A stretch of 64,000 nucleotides of DNA from Mobula hypostoma (GCF_963921235.1 NC_086097.1:78618001-78682000), one strand, 5' to 3'. Numbered from the stretch's first letter, positions 39,652-52,180 are shown. A program made the numbers and translations. The notes: generated from the sequence alone by a model not told the origin.

Positions 39652-42165
39652 AAAATCAGAATCAGGTTTAATATCACTGACATGTTCTGAAATTTGTTTT
39701 GCACCAGCAGTACTTTGCAATACATAATAATAAAAACTTAAAATTACAATAATTTGTAAATATAAAACAAGAAAATATTAAATAAGTAGAGCAAAAAGAG
39801 AGGGGAAAATACTGAGGTAGTGTTTATAAATTCATTGACTATTCAGAAATCTGACGGGAGAGGGGAAGAAGCTGTATGTGAAACATTGAGTGTGTCTTCA
39901 GGGTCCCATAACTCCTCCATGATGGTAGCAACAAGAAGATTATGTGTCCTGGGTGATGGGGGTCTTTAATGGTGGATGCAGCTTTTTTGAGACATTGTCT
40001 TTTGAAGATGTCCTAGATGCTGGGGAGGCTAGTCCCATGATGAAGCTGGCAGAGTTCACAATTTTCTGCAACATTTTCCAATCCTTTGCAGTGGCCCCTC
40101 CATATCAGATGGTGATGCAACCAGTTAGAATGCTCTCCATGGTACATGTGTAGAAATTTGCAAGTTTCTTTGCTGACACCAATTCTCCTCAAACTCCCAA
40201 AATATAGCCACCATCATACCTTCTTTGTAATTGTATAAATATGTTGGACCAGGGTAGATCCTCAAACATATTGACACCCAGGAACTTGAAACTGCTCACC
40301 CTTTCTGCTTCTGATCATTCGATGAGGACTGGTGTGTGTTCCCTCAACTTCCCCTTCCTGAAGTCCACAATCAGTTCCTTGGTCATACTAACGTTGAGTG
40401 CAAGGTTGTTGCTGCAACACCACTCAGCTGATCTATCTCGCTCTTATGTGCCTTCTTGTCACCATCTGAAATTCTGCCAGTAGTTGTTCCTAGCCACATC
40501 TCTGTGGGTGTACAGAGGAGGGCAGCCAGCTAAGCATACACCCTTGAGATGCACTACTGTTGATTGTCCACAAAGAGGAGATGTTATTTCTGATCCCCAC
40601 AGACTTTGGTCACCCAGTGAGGAAATCAAGGATCCGGTGCAGAGGTTGGTACAGAGGCCCAGGTCTTGGATCTTTAGATTAAAACTGAGGGTATGACTGT
40701 ATTGAATGCTGATCTGTAATCAATAAACAGCAGCCTAATGTCAGTATTACTGCTGTCTATGTGATCCAAAGCCAAGTGAAGATCCAGTAAAATTGTGCCT
40801 GCTATAGACCTATTGTGGTGATAAGCAAATTGCAGTGAATCCATATCCTTGCTTAGGCAGAAGTTGATTCTAGCCATGACCAACCTCTTAAAGCACTTCA
40901 TCACAGCATATGAGAATGCCACTGGGCAATTGTGTTGTATTAAATTTTTTGAAACATTTAATGAATGTCTGAACAGTTCAAAATGATAATTTAACTCTTT
41001 GTGAGCTTGCAGCATGTATAATGTCTGTACAAGGCAAACACTGTAGATCTATTAACATGTAATGTTTGTTGATAGTAGCTGGATTCTTTCTTAGTCTCAG
41101 GCACCATTAACTTGAGGATGTCTGCTAATGACTAAATGTCTGCTGGTCACTTTGACAATGAGGTTGATGGATTCTTTCTTAGTGACTTAATAGATTCCTT
41201 ATATGCATTCGTGCTTATCGTTTATATGTAATCAATATTATTTTCTAACTAAAGGAATGTTAAAATATTGGTGGACTGATGGATAAGGAGTGAACATTAA
41301 AGTGTCTAATTGATTTATAAGAGTATGCTGAACACTGTTAATGAACCCATGTATTATTTGAATGAAAGAAACTAAGCTCAGCTAATGGCATGAGAACAAA
41401 AGATCGAAGAGTTTGTCTGTCTCTGTATATTGCTCTACACTTACGGAACTCGTATTTATTGGAGTACCTTTCCCTGGGTTAGTTCGACATCACCGAGACT
41501 GGAAATCACAATTGGTGCTGAGGCCCCAGGGCGGTTTCACGACCGAGTTGGAATTTGGAGTTTCCCCCAACAATGGCGACAATCAAGTGGTGACTAAAAA
41601 TCGTGAGCCTGAAATCTTTGTGACTTACTACATAGCATTTTATGTGGTTGATTTGTGCCTTCTATTTATGACAATAAATTAGGCTTATGTTACTTTCTTG
41701 TGCTTGCATGCTTATTGCCACATCTCTTACACGCTCATTGTTTAGGTCTGATCAACCCAGCCAGTTACAGCGACAGTATTTGAGGCAGCTCACCCTGCTC
41801 TTCTTTGGCACTGGTATGATTGTTGCCTTTTTGAAGCAGGTAGGAACCTCTAACTGTAGCACTGAGAGATTGAAAATGTTCTTGAAGACTCCCACCAGTT
41901 GGTTAGCACACATTTTCAGTGCCCTACCAGGTACACCATCAGGGCCTGAAGCCTTGAGCGGGTTCACCCCCTTGAAAGATGTTCTGATGTCAGCCTCCAA
42001 GATAGAGATCACAAGGCCACTAGATGCTGCAAGGATTCACACAGGTGTAGTTTCATTCTTCCTTTCAAAACATGCATAGCAAGTCTTAAGCTCATCGGGG
42101 AGTGAAGTGTCACAGCCAGTCATAATGTTAGGTTTTGCCTTGTTGAAGTAATGGCCTGCAAACAC
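39652..42165 (-). mobile_element. Rex1-type LINE split by an LTR-like insertion
   Basis: aatcagaatcagg tail; KASGPDGVPGRALK...FKKATIIPVPKK in the right piece continues as PVA...VMKCFKRLV...LQFAY...RLLFIDYRSAFNT in the left piece. Confidence 0.88.
40931..41769 (+). mobile_element. Probable solo LTR (839 bp)
   Basis: TG...CA ends; imperfect 5-bp TSD GCAAT/GCGAC; AATAAA about 95 bp before the right end; cleanly interrupts the Rex1 ORF. Confidence 0.7.
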
Positions 42166-42816
42166 TTAAGGGAGCTTGAAGAGAAGTATGCTTAGACAGT
42201 CATTGAAATAGCTCTCAATACTAGTACCCAAAAAGGTTTGAGAATGTCATGGCATCCCAGCAATGAATCCTCCAACAACAGTCAAGCATTGCCAAAGTCC
42301 CACCCAGCATAGTGGTAAGAACTCTGTTGGGCAAATTGCTATCATCTTTCAGAATGATAACATTTGTGATTTTACCACCGTCCTCTGCCAGTATCCTTTC
42401 TGTTAGCCTATCAGCAGTGCTGTCTACTAAATAACACTGCATTAACCTGTAATTATTAAAAGGGAAAATTTATAAAAAATAAAAACCTGCAACCCACCAC
42501 CCAAACACCTAATGAAATTATGTTAGAGCTAAATTTTGTGTTCATTATATCAAAGATCTTTGTCTATTAAACTGGACATCCAGGTTTCCATTGCGCGATT
42601 CAAACATAAAGGTCATTGTTATGCTTGTTCTTTAACAAAGACAAACTTGCGTGGGTAAAAAACACGAACTATTTTACAGAATGGCTTCAGCTCGACCACA
42701 TTTTACTTGGGACCTTCAGCCTGCCAACAGCGTGTGACTCCCATTCCCCCAAAATCTATTCTGGTTCCAGGTGTTTGCTTTTACCCTATCTTACTCATAA
42801 GAATAAAGTTCTAACC

Positions 42817-42885
42817 CAGGAGTTCCCAATCTTTTTTTTATACCATTAATCAAGAGTTCCATGGACCGCAGGATGGGAACCCCTG
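42817..42885. mobile_element. hAT (Charlie-like) mini-MITE
   Basis: TIRs CAGGAGTTCCCAA / ATGGGAACCCCTG; 8-bp TSD-like TTCTAACC / TCCTAACT with central TA. Confidence 0.7.
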
Positions 42886-42941
42886 TCCTAACTTATTTAA
42901 CCTTTCCCTACCACTCAGTCCTCAAGACTTAGCAACATCAC

Positions 42942-43470
42942 AAGACCATAAACCTTAAGACATAGGAGCAGACTTAGGCCACTCTGCCCATCGAGTACAC
43001 TCTAGTCCATCATGGCTGATCCATCATTCCTTTCAACCCCATTTTCCTGCCTCATCCTCAATCTTTTATGCCCTGACACACCAAGAACCTATCAACCTCT
43101 GCTTTAAATATACTCAATGCCTTGACCTCCACAGCCATCCATGGCAATGAATTCCACAGAACCACCACTCTCTGGCTAAAGAAATTCCTTCTAATCTCTG
43201 TTCTAAATGGACATCCCTCTAATCTGAAGCTGTGGACCTTAGTCCTAAACTCACACACTTCTGGAAACATTCTCTCCACATCCACTCTGTCTAGGCCTTT
43301 CAATATTTGATAGGTTTCAATGAGATCCCTTCTCATTCCTGTAAACACCAGCAAGTACAGGTACAGAGCTATCAAATGCTCCTCATACGTTAACCCTTTC
43401 ATTTGTGAAATCACTCTCGTGAACCTCTTCTGGACCCTATCCAATGCCAACACATCTTTTCCTAGATAAG
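42942..43470 (-). mobile_element. CR1 3' fragment
   Basis: VQKRFTR...DLIETYQILKGLDRVD...RNFFSQRVV.LWNSLP. Confidence 0.9.
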
Positions 43471-44371
43471 AAACTGCAATTTTCAGTCACTCTATTGATT
43501 GAATGAAATCTTATCAATTCAAATTAATTAAAATTTCGGGCAAATGCACACAAGTTTAGCTTTATAAGCTTTAATTAATTCTTCTTGTTAAAGTCAAGTC
43601 TATCTGTTCGAAAGTTTTTCATTTCTGGCCATTATGCTTTTGGATCCAACGGCTCGAATAAACATACCTCAAACACAAACAAGTCAGGCCGAATGCAAAA
43701 CTCCCACTTAAAATCACCCTACTGAAAAATTAATTAACCCTGTTACTGAAAGGACAGAATTCTTAAAAAAAAAGTGTGTCGGGGTAGGGGTTTACTCTGT
43801 AATGGTCCATATTTTATGCCTGAGATGTATTTGACATTCAGGGGCATTAAGTATTATTCAAAATATAGAATTTAAATAACCTAAAAAACCTTGCAAATAA
43901 TTAAAAACATAACAACTAAAACAAATGATTCAAAATCTTTTTACCTTTCTTCTTTGCAGCCATATCCCTTCAAATAAATGGAATCAAAGATCCTGAATCA
44001 TTCCTAACCTTACACAAAATGTGCAAGGACAATTTTCAGCTTAAATGTGAGTGAATTCCAGCATAGCCAAGCTTTGCTGTTGGATTCCACATACACTGGT
44101 TAATTTACCACAGGCAAATTCTATACTTCCCAAATATGCCAGAATTTATACAGTTCACAGCAGAAATGCCAAACAATTTAAGAAAAAAAATTAGGATAAT
44201 TTTAATCATAACTGGGTCTCCTAAATCATTTCTAGTCATGGCTAAAATGACTCAAGTATAGATGATTATTCTGCCACTTGCTTTTTATTTGCTTTAAAAT
44301 TCATGTAGGAAATAGACTGAGTGAACAAATAATGTCACCAAGTTCTGAAATGTTAGTGTACTGCAATGTAC

Positions 44372-44594
44372 CTGATTTTTCTGAAATCAGAACTTCCATT
44401 GTATTAGATTTAATGTGATCCCTTGGTGGGGAAAGACATCCGTGTTGTCCTTCAGGATCTATATTGTTAGTACCCAAAATCTTCACTCCGTCTTCTTCAG
44501 TAAAAATTTGCAGTTCACTGTCCAGATCATCAAAGTAAGGATTAGCTGAGGATTCCACGGGGTTAAAATGGCTTTCCAAAGACTCAGACCTTTC
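44372..44594 (-). CDS. FSIP1: FSIP1 coding exon 2 (acidic, poorly conserved)
   Basis: ctcttctgattgcag|GAAAGG...TCAG|gtacat; open frame ERSESLESHFNP...EKS; 223 nt, phase 0 to 1, fitting both neighbours. An alternative same-phase donor exists at 44339. Confidence 0.75.
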
Positions 44595-44864
44595 CTGCAA
44601 TCAGAAGAGTAATTTTGATTTAGTGAAATTCATCTTTTTCTCATCTATACAGAGTTTAGGCCTGACTGGTTTGCTACAGAATCAGTGCATGGCACACTAG
44701 TGACCATTTTGATTCTGATCTTACTGCTTCAAATTTTGTTTCAGTGATGCACTAAGTTTATGCCAGGTTTCACAGCCATCTCATTGATTCCCTTTGTCCA
44801 GTTACTGCCTGGTAGACTATTCACTTTGATATGCTCATCATCTCCAAACAGATTTTCTTTCACC

Positions 44865-45030
44865 TGCCAATTAACTGACCATGTCTTGGGAATGTGGGAG
44901 GAAACTAAGGCACCCCAGAAAAAAAACACATACAATCATCAAGAGAGTATTAAAACTTCACACAGAAAGCAATGGAGGTCAGATCCAACCTGAGTCACTG
45001 AAGCTGTAATGAAGCAACATTATATGCCAC
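44865..45030 (-). mobile_element. Degenerate V-SINE
   Basis: atgtcttgggaatgtgggaggaaact.ag.caccc V-domain, similar to 13270-13330. Confidence 0.6.
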
Positions 45031-45259
45031 TGGGATATGAGACTTCTGGAGCAGCTCTTAAATGGACATGCTAAAATACAAGAACATTCTCCTAGCTACA
45101 CAGATATAGTGCTACTGATTTAATGGCTATTTCAACAATAAAAGGAAGGTAGGAAAGTGCTCCAAGGGTCTCAAAAGAGGAATCAGGACAGGCTGGTACA
45201 GCACAATGGCAAGAGCTGACAAATTCTATGTGCAGGAGGGCTACAAAGATCCTCTAGAG

Positions 45260-45336
45260 CAGGGGTTCCCAACATTGTATGCCATGCACCCCTAGCAATA
45301 ACAAGGAGTCCATGGACCCCAGGTTGAGAATCATTA
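45260..45336. mobile_element. hAT mini-MITE, second copy
   Basis: CAGGGGTTCCCAAC...gtccatggaccccaggttgagaa; flanks CTCTAGAG / CTCTATGC. Confidence 0.65.
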
Positions 45337-45769
45337 CTCTATGCACTCCTGGTAGAAAGGTACAAGGAATGTCACCGTGAGACAAGCAAGAAGTCCAAGA
45401 ATGCTTGCAATTTGAGGAATCCTGCAATGTAGGCAAATTCTTTTCCTTATCTACTCTCAAGTGCTGATGGGAAAATTAACTCTGGAGTTCAGGTAACCTT
45501 TTTAAACACAGCAGTAAACAGCAGCCTATGAAATGTAGTAGAGGTGAGCAGCTTTAGGCTGGAATGATCCCAAAACTAAGAACCCAAGAATGATCTTGGT
45601 CTTAACATCCATAAACAATCTGGTGTGTTAGGCACATTTGAGTTCACAAATCTCTGAAGACAAAGAATGTACTTTTAAATAGAACCATTTCAGGGGAAAA
45701 TGGAATTAATAAACCTGGATACTCCATGAGTAAAAATAACTCTTGTCTTACAGACGAGTGATGTTGAAA

Positions 45770-46000
45770 ATCAGGTAGGACATGAACTTTGGAACTTAGC
45801 AGGTCAGGCAACATGAATGGAGGGGAATAAACAGCTAACAATGTGGGCTAAGACTCTTCATCAGGTCTCTTAATGAAGGGTCTTGGGCTGAAACATTGAC
45901 TGTTCATTCCCCTCCACAGATGATGCTCGACTGCTGAGTTCCTCTAGCATTTTGTGAATGTTGTTCAAGATTTCCTGCATCCGTAGAATCTCTTGTGTTT
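45770..46000. mobile_element. Inverted pair of Penelope termini
   Basis: A minus copy ending ...gactcttcatcagg directly abuts a plus copy taatgaagggtcttgggctgaaacattgactg... Confidence 0.8.
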
Positions 46001-46059
46001 AGGATATGCAGTTTGTATGTTGCACTACTGTATGGTATCCTATGGAAGGCAGGGTTATG

Positions 46060-47000
46060 GATTATAGAAACGTATAGAAACAGCCCTATCAGCCAGCCAC
46101 CTTGTCTAATCCTACCTATACTACTCCCATTTGCCTGAATTAGAGTTGCATTTCTCTATAACTTTCCTATCCAAATACCTTTCTATACACCTTTTAAACA
46201 TTGTATCTGCCTCTTCCACTTTCACTGGTCACTCATTCCAGATATTTACCTTAATGTATGTGGAGAACTTATCTCCAGATCTCTTTTAAATGCCTTTCCT
46301 CTTCTGTTAAAATTGGGCCCCCTAGTTCTAGACCCTCCTGATCTTGAGAAAAGACGACTCTGGCTATCCAATCTACACTATACTTCTCATAATTTTATAA
46401 ACCTCTAAAGGGGCATTCCTCAGCCCTTTAACCTCCAGTGAAAAAAACCCCAACCTATCCAATCACTCCTTATAACTACAGCCCTCTCTTTCAAGAAACG
46501 TTCTATGTGAAATCTCTTCTGTGCTCTCCTATTTGCCACCACATCCTTCCTATAATGCAGTGACCAGAACTGTTTATGATACTCTTAAGTGCTGTCTACC
46601 CAGTGTTTGGTACAACTGCAAAACAAAAAGGCACGAGGGCAAACAAATATCTTGTCAAAAGCCAGATACTGAGTTTCTTGATAGGCATTAAGATATCCAG
46701 AAGAGCATAAAAACACCATATACAAAAATAGGAGTGGATCATTCAGTTACTCCCTCCCCCTAGTATATAATATAATGAGATTGTGACTGCTCTTTTACCT
46801 CAATGCCGGTTTCCTACACTACCTTCCATATCCCTTGATTCTGTTTTGGCCCAAAAACTCTTTCGGTCTTTGTCTTAAATGTACTCAGTGCTGAGCTTCC
46901 AGAGCCCTCTTGGGTTAAAAATTCCAAAGAATCTCTACTCTTGCTGTGAAGAAATGTATTCCCATCTCAGCCAACCCCTTTATTTTGAGATTGCCCCCCT
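46060..47000 (-). mobile_element. Two old CR1 3' remnants
   Basis: atagaaacgtatagaaa tail, accagaactg...tactc motif, and a second tail near 46715. Confidence 0.6.
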
Positions 47001-47825
47001 GATTGAGACACCCCGGCCAGAGTGTCACAAATCATCTCTAATTCCATTCCATCAGACCTGCATCCCAAAGTTCAGACAGATGTGGCAAAGGAGTGGGTTG
47101 TCATCTTTCAAATTTCCCACAGGTGTCGCCCTCATATAAGAAAGGAGAGAAGGAAAAAGCAAGGAACTAAACATCAATGAATCTGACATCAATATCAGGA
47201 AAAGTGCTCAAATCTACCCTGGAGAAAATGGTTGTAGGGCATTTTAAAAAATAATAATTTTATTATGCAGAGTAAACATGAGCTCATGAAAGACAAAACA
47301 TATGCTCTTGATGTAACAGAATGATAAGAGGGAGCCAATGGATGTGGTATATTTACTTTTTAAAAGGCCTTCAATATATCCACACAAGAAATTACTGAGC
47401 AAAATTAGAGACACTGGGGATCAGGGATAACATACTACTGTGGATTGAGGATTGGGTTATAAACAGAAACAGGTAGATAAACTAGATGGATTGTTTGCTA
47501 GTTGAGAGTCTGTGCAGAGTGAAGCGATATAGAGATTGGTGCTGTGCCTTTGCTGTATCAATACATTGAATATATCAATTGCAATGAGGAACCCAAATGT
47601 AATATCTTCCCAGATGCCAACAAATGTGAAAAGGATGCAGAGACTTCAGATGTTGTAGATTATAATCAGAGTGTTACAGATTAGAGAGCAAAGTGAATGG
47701 ATAAGAAACATGAAAAGATTCTTTGCTAAAAAAATCTGAGTACTTTTTTTAAATGGTGATACTTGGAAGGTTTTAGTGTCAAGAAGAAACCAAATATCTT
47801 TGAACAGAATCACTAGAAGTTAATC

Positions 47826-48355
47826 ATAAACGCAAGAGATTCAGCAAATGCTGGAAATCTTGGAAAAACATGCACAACATGCTTGAGGAAGTCAGCAAGT
47901 TAGGCTGTATCTATAAGGGGAATAAACAGTTTTAGCATTTCAGGCTGAGACCTTTCATCGAGACCAGAAAGGAAGGCAGCAGAAGCCGGAATGAGAAGCT
48001 GGGAGAGGGGGTGGAATACAAGCTGGCAGGTGATAGGTGGGATCATGTGAGGGGGAATGTGTGAGTGGGGGAAGGGGATGAAGTAAGAAGCTTGGAGAGG
48101 ACAGGTAAAAGAGATAAAAGGCTGAAGAAGAAATTCTAATAGAAGACCCTTCCTTCCATGGTCCACTGCCTTCTCCTATTAGATTCACCTTTCACCTGCC
48201 AGCCTGTACTCTTTCCCCACCCCCTCCATACTTATTCTGGCTTCTGCTCCATTCCTTTCCAGTCCTGATGAAGGGTCTCAGCCTGAAGTGTCAACAGTTT
48301 CCCTCCATAGATGCTGCCTGACTTGCTAAATTCCTCCAGCATTTAGTGCATACTG
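47826..48355. mobile_element. Penelope-derived element with inverted termini
   Basis: Minus terminus 47830-48130 and plus terminus 48190-48350 (cagtcctgatgaagggtctcagcctgaa); flanks cactagaagtta / cactgaaagtta resemble a TSD. Confidence 0.8.
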
Positions 48356-48905
48356 CACTGAAAGTTAGCATGCAAGCACAACAAATAAAGGAAATCAAAT
48401 GACACTTGATTTTTACTACAAGAGTAACTCCATTTTACTGCAATCATCTGGATCCCTAGTGAGACTACATCTGGAATGCTGCAAGAAAAACACAGGTCAG
48501 GCAATATTTATAGAAAAAGAAACAGAACATTTCAGGAGTAAGACTCTTCATTAGAGCTGAGAAAGGGAGAAAACAAGTTAGTCTGGGTAGCAGAAAAGTA
48601 CTCAAAAAGGTTTTTCTGAATAATGTGGCAATTAAGAGGCAGTTAAGCTTCTTTTCTGTAGACAATATATTGCTAATATTGTAAAGTATGGCCAACTAGA
48701 ACAAGCCCAGCAAGCCAAAATATACAAATGAAAGAAAAAGGAAGAGAGAGATGCCAGCCCTGATACTCCCTTAGTCTACAGGAGTAATCCTGAGCCTACA
48801 GCTGCCCAATAATTTAATTCCACGTCCCACTTCCACACCTGCCCCTCTGTTTGTGGCCTCCTGAACTCATAACAAGGTCCAATATAAGTTAAGGGAAAGA
48901 CAACC

Positions 48906-50660
48906 CATCAGGAAGGTCTCAAAGCTCTACGCTTCTTTTTGGATTCCAGACCTAATCAGTTCCCCTCTACCACCACTCTGCTCCGTCTAGCAGAATTAGT
49001 CCTTACTCTTAACAATTTCTCCTTTTGCTCCTCCCATTTCCTCCAAACTAAAGGTGTAGCTATGGGCACCCATATGGGTCCTAGCTATGCCTGCCTTTTT
49101 GTTGGGTTTGTGGAACAATCTATGTTCCGTGCCTATTCTGGTATCTGTCCCCCACTTTTCCTTCGCTACATCGACGACTGCATTGGCGCTGCTTCCTGCA
49201 CGCATGCAGAACTCGTTGACTTTATTAACTTTGCCTCCAACTTTCACCCTGCCCTCAAGTTTACCTGGTCCATTTCTGACACCTCCCTCCCCTTTCTAGA
49301 TCTTTCTGTCTCTGTCTCTGGAGACAGCTTATCCACTGATGTCTACTATAAGCCTACTGACTCTCACAACTATCTGGACTATTCCTCTTCTCACCCTGTC
49401 TCTTGCAAAAACGCCATCCCCTTCTCGCAATTCCTCCGTCTCCGCCGCATCTGCTCTCAGGATGAGGCTTTTCATTCTAGGACGAGGGAGATGTCTTCAT
49501 TTTTTAAAGAAAGGGGCTTCCCTTCCTCCACTATCAACTCTGCTCTTAAACGCATCTCCCCCATTTCACGTACATCTGCTCTCACTCCATCCTCCCACCA
49601 CCCCACTAGGAATAGGGTTCCCCTGGTCCTCACCTACCACCCCACCAGCCTCCGGGTCCAACATATTATTCTCCGTAACTTCCGCCACCTCCAACGGGAT
49701 CCCACCACTAAGCATATCTTTCCCTCCCCGCCTCTCTCTGCATTCCGCAGGGATCACTCCCTACACAACTCCCTTGTCCATTCATCCCCCCCATCCCTCC
49801 CCACTGATCTCCCTCCTGGCACTTATCCGTGTAAGCGGAACAAGTGCTACACATGCCCTTACACTTCCTCCCTTACCACCATTCAGGGCCCCAAACAGTC
49901 CTTCCAGGTGAGGCATCACTTCGCCTGTGAGTCGACTGGGGTGATATACTGCGTCCGGTGCTCCCGATGTGGCCTTTTATATATTGGTGAGACCCGACGC
50001 AGACTGGGAGACCGCTTTGCTGAACATCTACGCTCTGTCCGCCAGAGAAAGCAGGATCTCCCAGTGGCCACATATTTTAATTCCACATCCCATTCCCATT
50101 CTGACATGTCTATCCACGGCCTCCTCTACTGTAAAGATGAAGCCACACTCAGGTTGGAGGAACAACACCTTATATTCCGTCTGGGTAGCCTCCAACCTGA
50201 TGGCATGAACATTGACTTCTCTAACTTCCGCTAGGCCCCACCTCCCCCTCGTACCCCATCTGTTACTCTTTTTAATGCACACATTCTTTCTCTCACTCTC
50301 CTTTTTCTCCCTCTGTCCCTCTGAATATACCTCTTGCCCATCCTCTGGGTCACCCCCCCCCCGTCTTTCTTCCCGGACCTCCTGTCCCATGATCCTCTCG
50401 TATCCCCTTCAGCCTATCACCTGTCCAGCTCTCGGCTCCATCCCTCCCCCTCCTGTCTTCTCCTATCATTTTGCATCTCCCCCTCCCTCTCCAGCTTTCA
50501 AATCCCTTACTCACTCTTCCTTCAGTTAGTCCTGACGAAGGGTCTCGGCCTGAAACGTCGACTGCGCCTCTTCCTATAGATGCTGCCTGGCCTGCTGCGT
50601 TCACCAGCAACTTTGATGTATGTTGCTTGAATTTCCAGCATCTGCAGAATTCCTGTTGTT
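48906..50660 (+). mobile_element. Young 5'-truncated Penelope-like element (RT + GIY-YIG) with terminal repeat
   Basis: Uninterrupted frame 48906-50234 with QTKGVAMGTHMGPSYA, FLRYIDD and VIYCVRCSRCGLLYIGET..R...RFAEH; pyrimidine-rich 3' repeat containing a hammerhead. Confidence 0.95.
50527..50564 (+). ncRNA. Minimal hammerhead ribozyme
   Basis: UAGUC-CUGACGA-AGGGUCUCGGCCU-GAAAC-GUC^GACUG: stem I UAGUC/GACUG, intact core, stem II hairpin, palindromic ACGU stem III. Confidence 0.85.
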
Positions 50661-51371
50661 CATCTTTCTTCAGGGCACATTGCAGGACTCAATAATTAAT
50701 TTTCCAACTTTAGATAATTTGTTCATTCTTTTTGTTTGCATCAGGGTTAGCTATTTCTTTTTGCCTATCATCCCTCTTCTTTCATTATTTCACCCTCTGG
50801 TAAGTTCCCTTTATTCCACCCACTGCCGTCACTCACCTTCTCTGCTACATAGACTAACTAGTTTTCTCTCTTTCTCAGTTTTGATTAAGGTGGGGGAGGG
50901 TGTGACTGTTAACAGTTTCTCTATCCATTTATGCTGCTTGCCCTGCTTAGTTGTTTTTTTTTCCCCAGCATTAAACACAGATGTGAAGTTTCCCCTGTCT
51001 AAGATGTCTAAAGCTTAGAGATCAAACAATAAGGGGCCAGCCAATTAGGTGAGGAAAAAAAATCTTCTTCACACAATGAATAGGGAATCTTTTGGATTCC
51101 TCAACTATGGGGAATGTGGAAGCTCAAGAAAAAGCTCAATGGACAATTTGGAAATTAATCTATACTGAGCCAGGTAAAAGATCAGCTATGATCATATTGA
51201 ATGGTGCATCAGTCACAAGGTACCACACTGCATTGCAGTCACATCTGGGAACAATATTCCATGTTAAGAAAATTTGCATCTGCATAACAACATTTGTTTT
51301 GAAATTCTATGAAGGAATTTCTAGGCCAGTATCTTTCAGCTCCAATTTGAAATGAAAGCTCTCTATCCCAA

Positions 51372-52180
51372 TCATCAAAATCAGGTTTAATATCACCGGC
51401 ATATGTCATGAAATTTGTTAACTTTGCAGCAGCAGTACAATGCAATACATGATAAATATAGCAAAAATAGAATTACAGTAATTATATATATGCATATTAA
51501 ATAGTTAAATTAAAAATAGTGCAAAAACAGAAATAAAAAAGGAGTGAGGTAGTGTTCATGAGTTCAATATAGAAATCACATGACAGAGGAGAAGAAGCTG
51601 TTCCTGAATCACTGGGTGTGTGCCTTCAGGCTCCTGTACCTCCTTCCTGATGGTAAGTGTGAGAAAAGGACATCTCCTGGTGGTGGGGGTCCTTAATGAT
51701 GGACGGTGCCTTTCTGAAGCACCACTCCTTGAAGATGTCACGGATACTACAAAGGCTAATACCCATGATTCAGTTGGCTAAATTTTACAATTTTCTGTAA
51801 CTTACTTTGATCCTGTGCTGTAGCACCCCACCCCATAGCAGACGGTGATGTAGTCCTCAGAATGCTTGTTACAGTACATCTATAGAAGTTTTTGAGTGTT
51901 TTAGGTGACAAACCAAAGCTCCTCAATCTCCTTATGAAATATAACCATTGTCTTGCCTTCTTTATAGCTACATTAATATATCGCAACCAGGTTAGGTCCT
52001 CCGAGATATTTACACCCAGGAACTTGAAAATGCTCACTCTCTTCTTCTGATCCCTCTATGAGAATTGGTTTGTGTTCCTTCGTCTTACCTTTTCTGAAGT
52101 CCACAATTTGCTCTTTAGTCTTACTAAAGTTGAGTGCAAGGACGTTGCTATGACACCACTCAGCTAGCTGGTATATCTCA
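51372..52180 (-). mobile_element. Rex1-type LINE 3' portion
   Basis: FKFLGVNISEDLTW...KKARQWLYFIRRLRSFGLS...FYRCTV; aatcaggtttaatatcac tail. Confidence 0.88.

Larger units (their letters stand above)
47200..51215 (+). mobile_element. Old CR1 (pieces at about 47200-47825, 48355-48475, 50975-51215) hosting Penelope insertions
   Basis: Degenerate P.DVVYL.F.KAF, KVSMQ.QQ, LVR.HLE and FFTQ motifs that resume across the insertions. Confidence 0.65.

Noticed and set aside
42221..42446. Strong minus-strand acceptor (ttttcccttttaataattacag) followed by a 73-aa ORF
   Set aside because: Splicing from exon 2 (phase 1) gives an immediate TAA, and the ORF shows no recognisable homology. At most a cryptic or poison exon.
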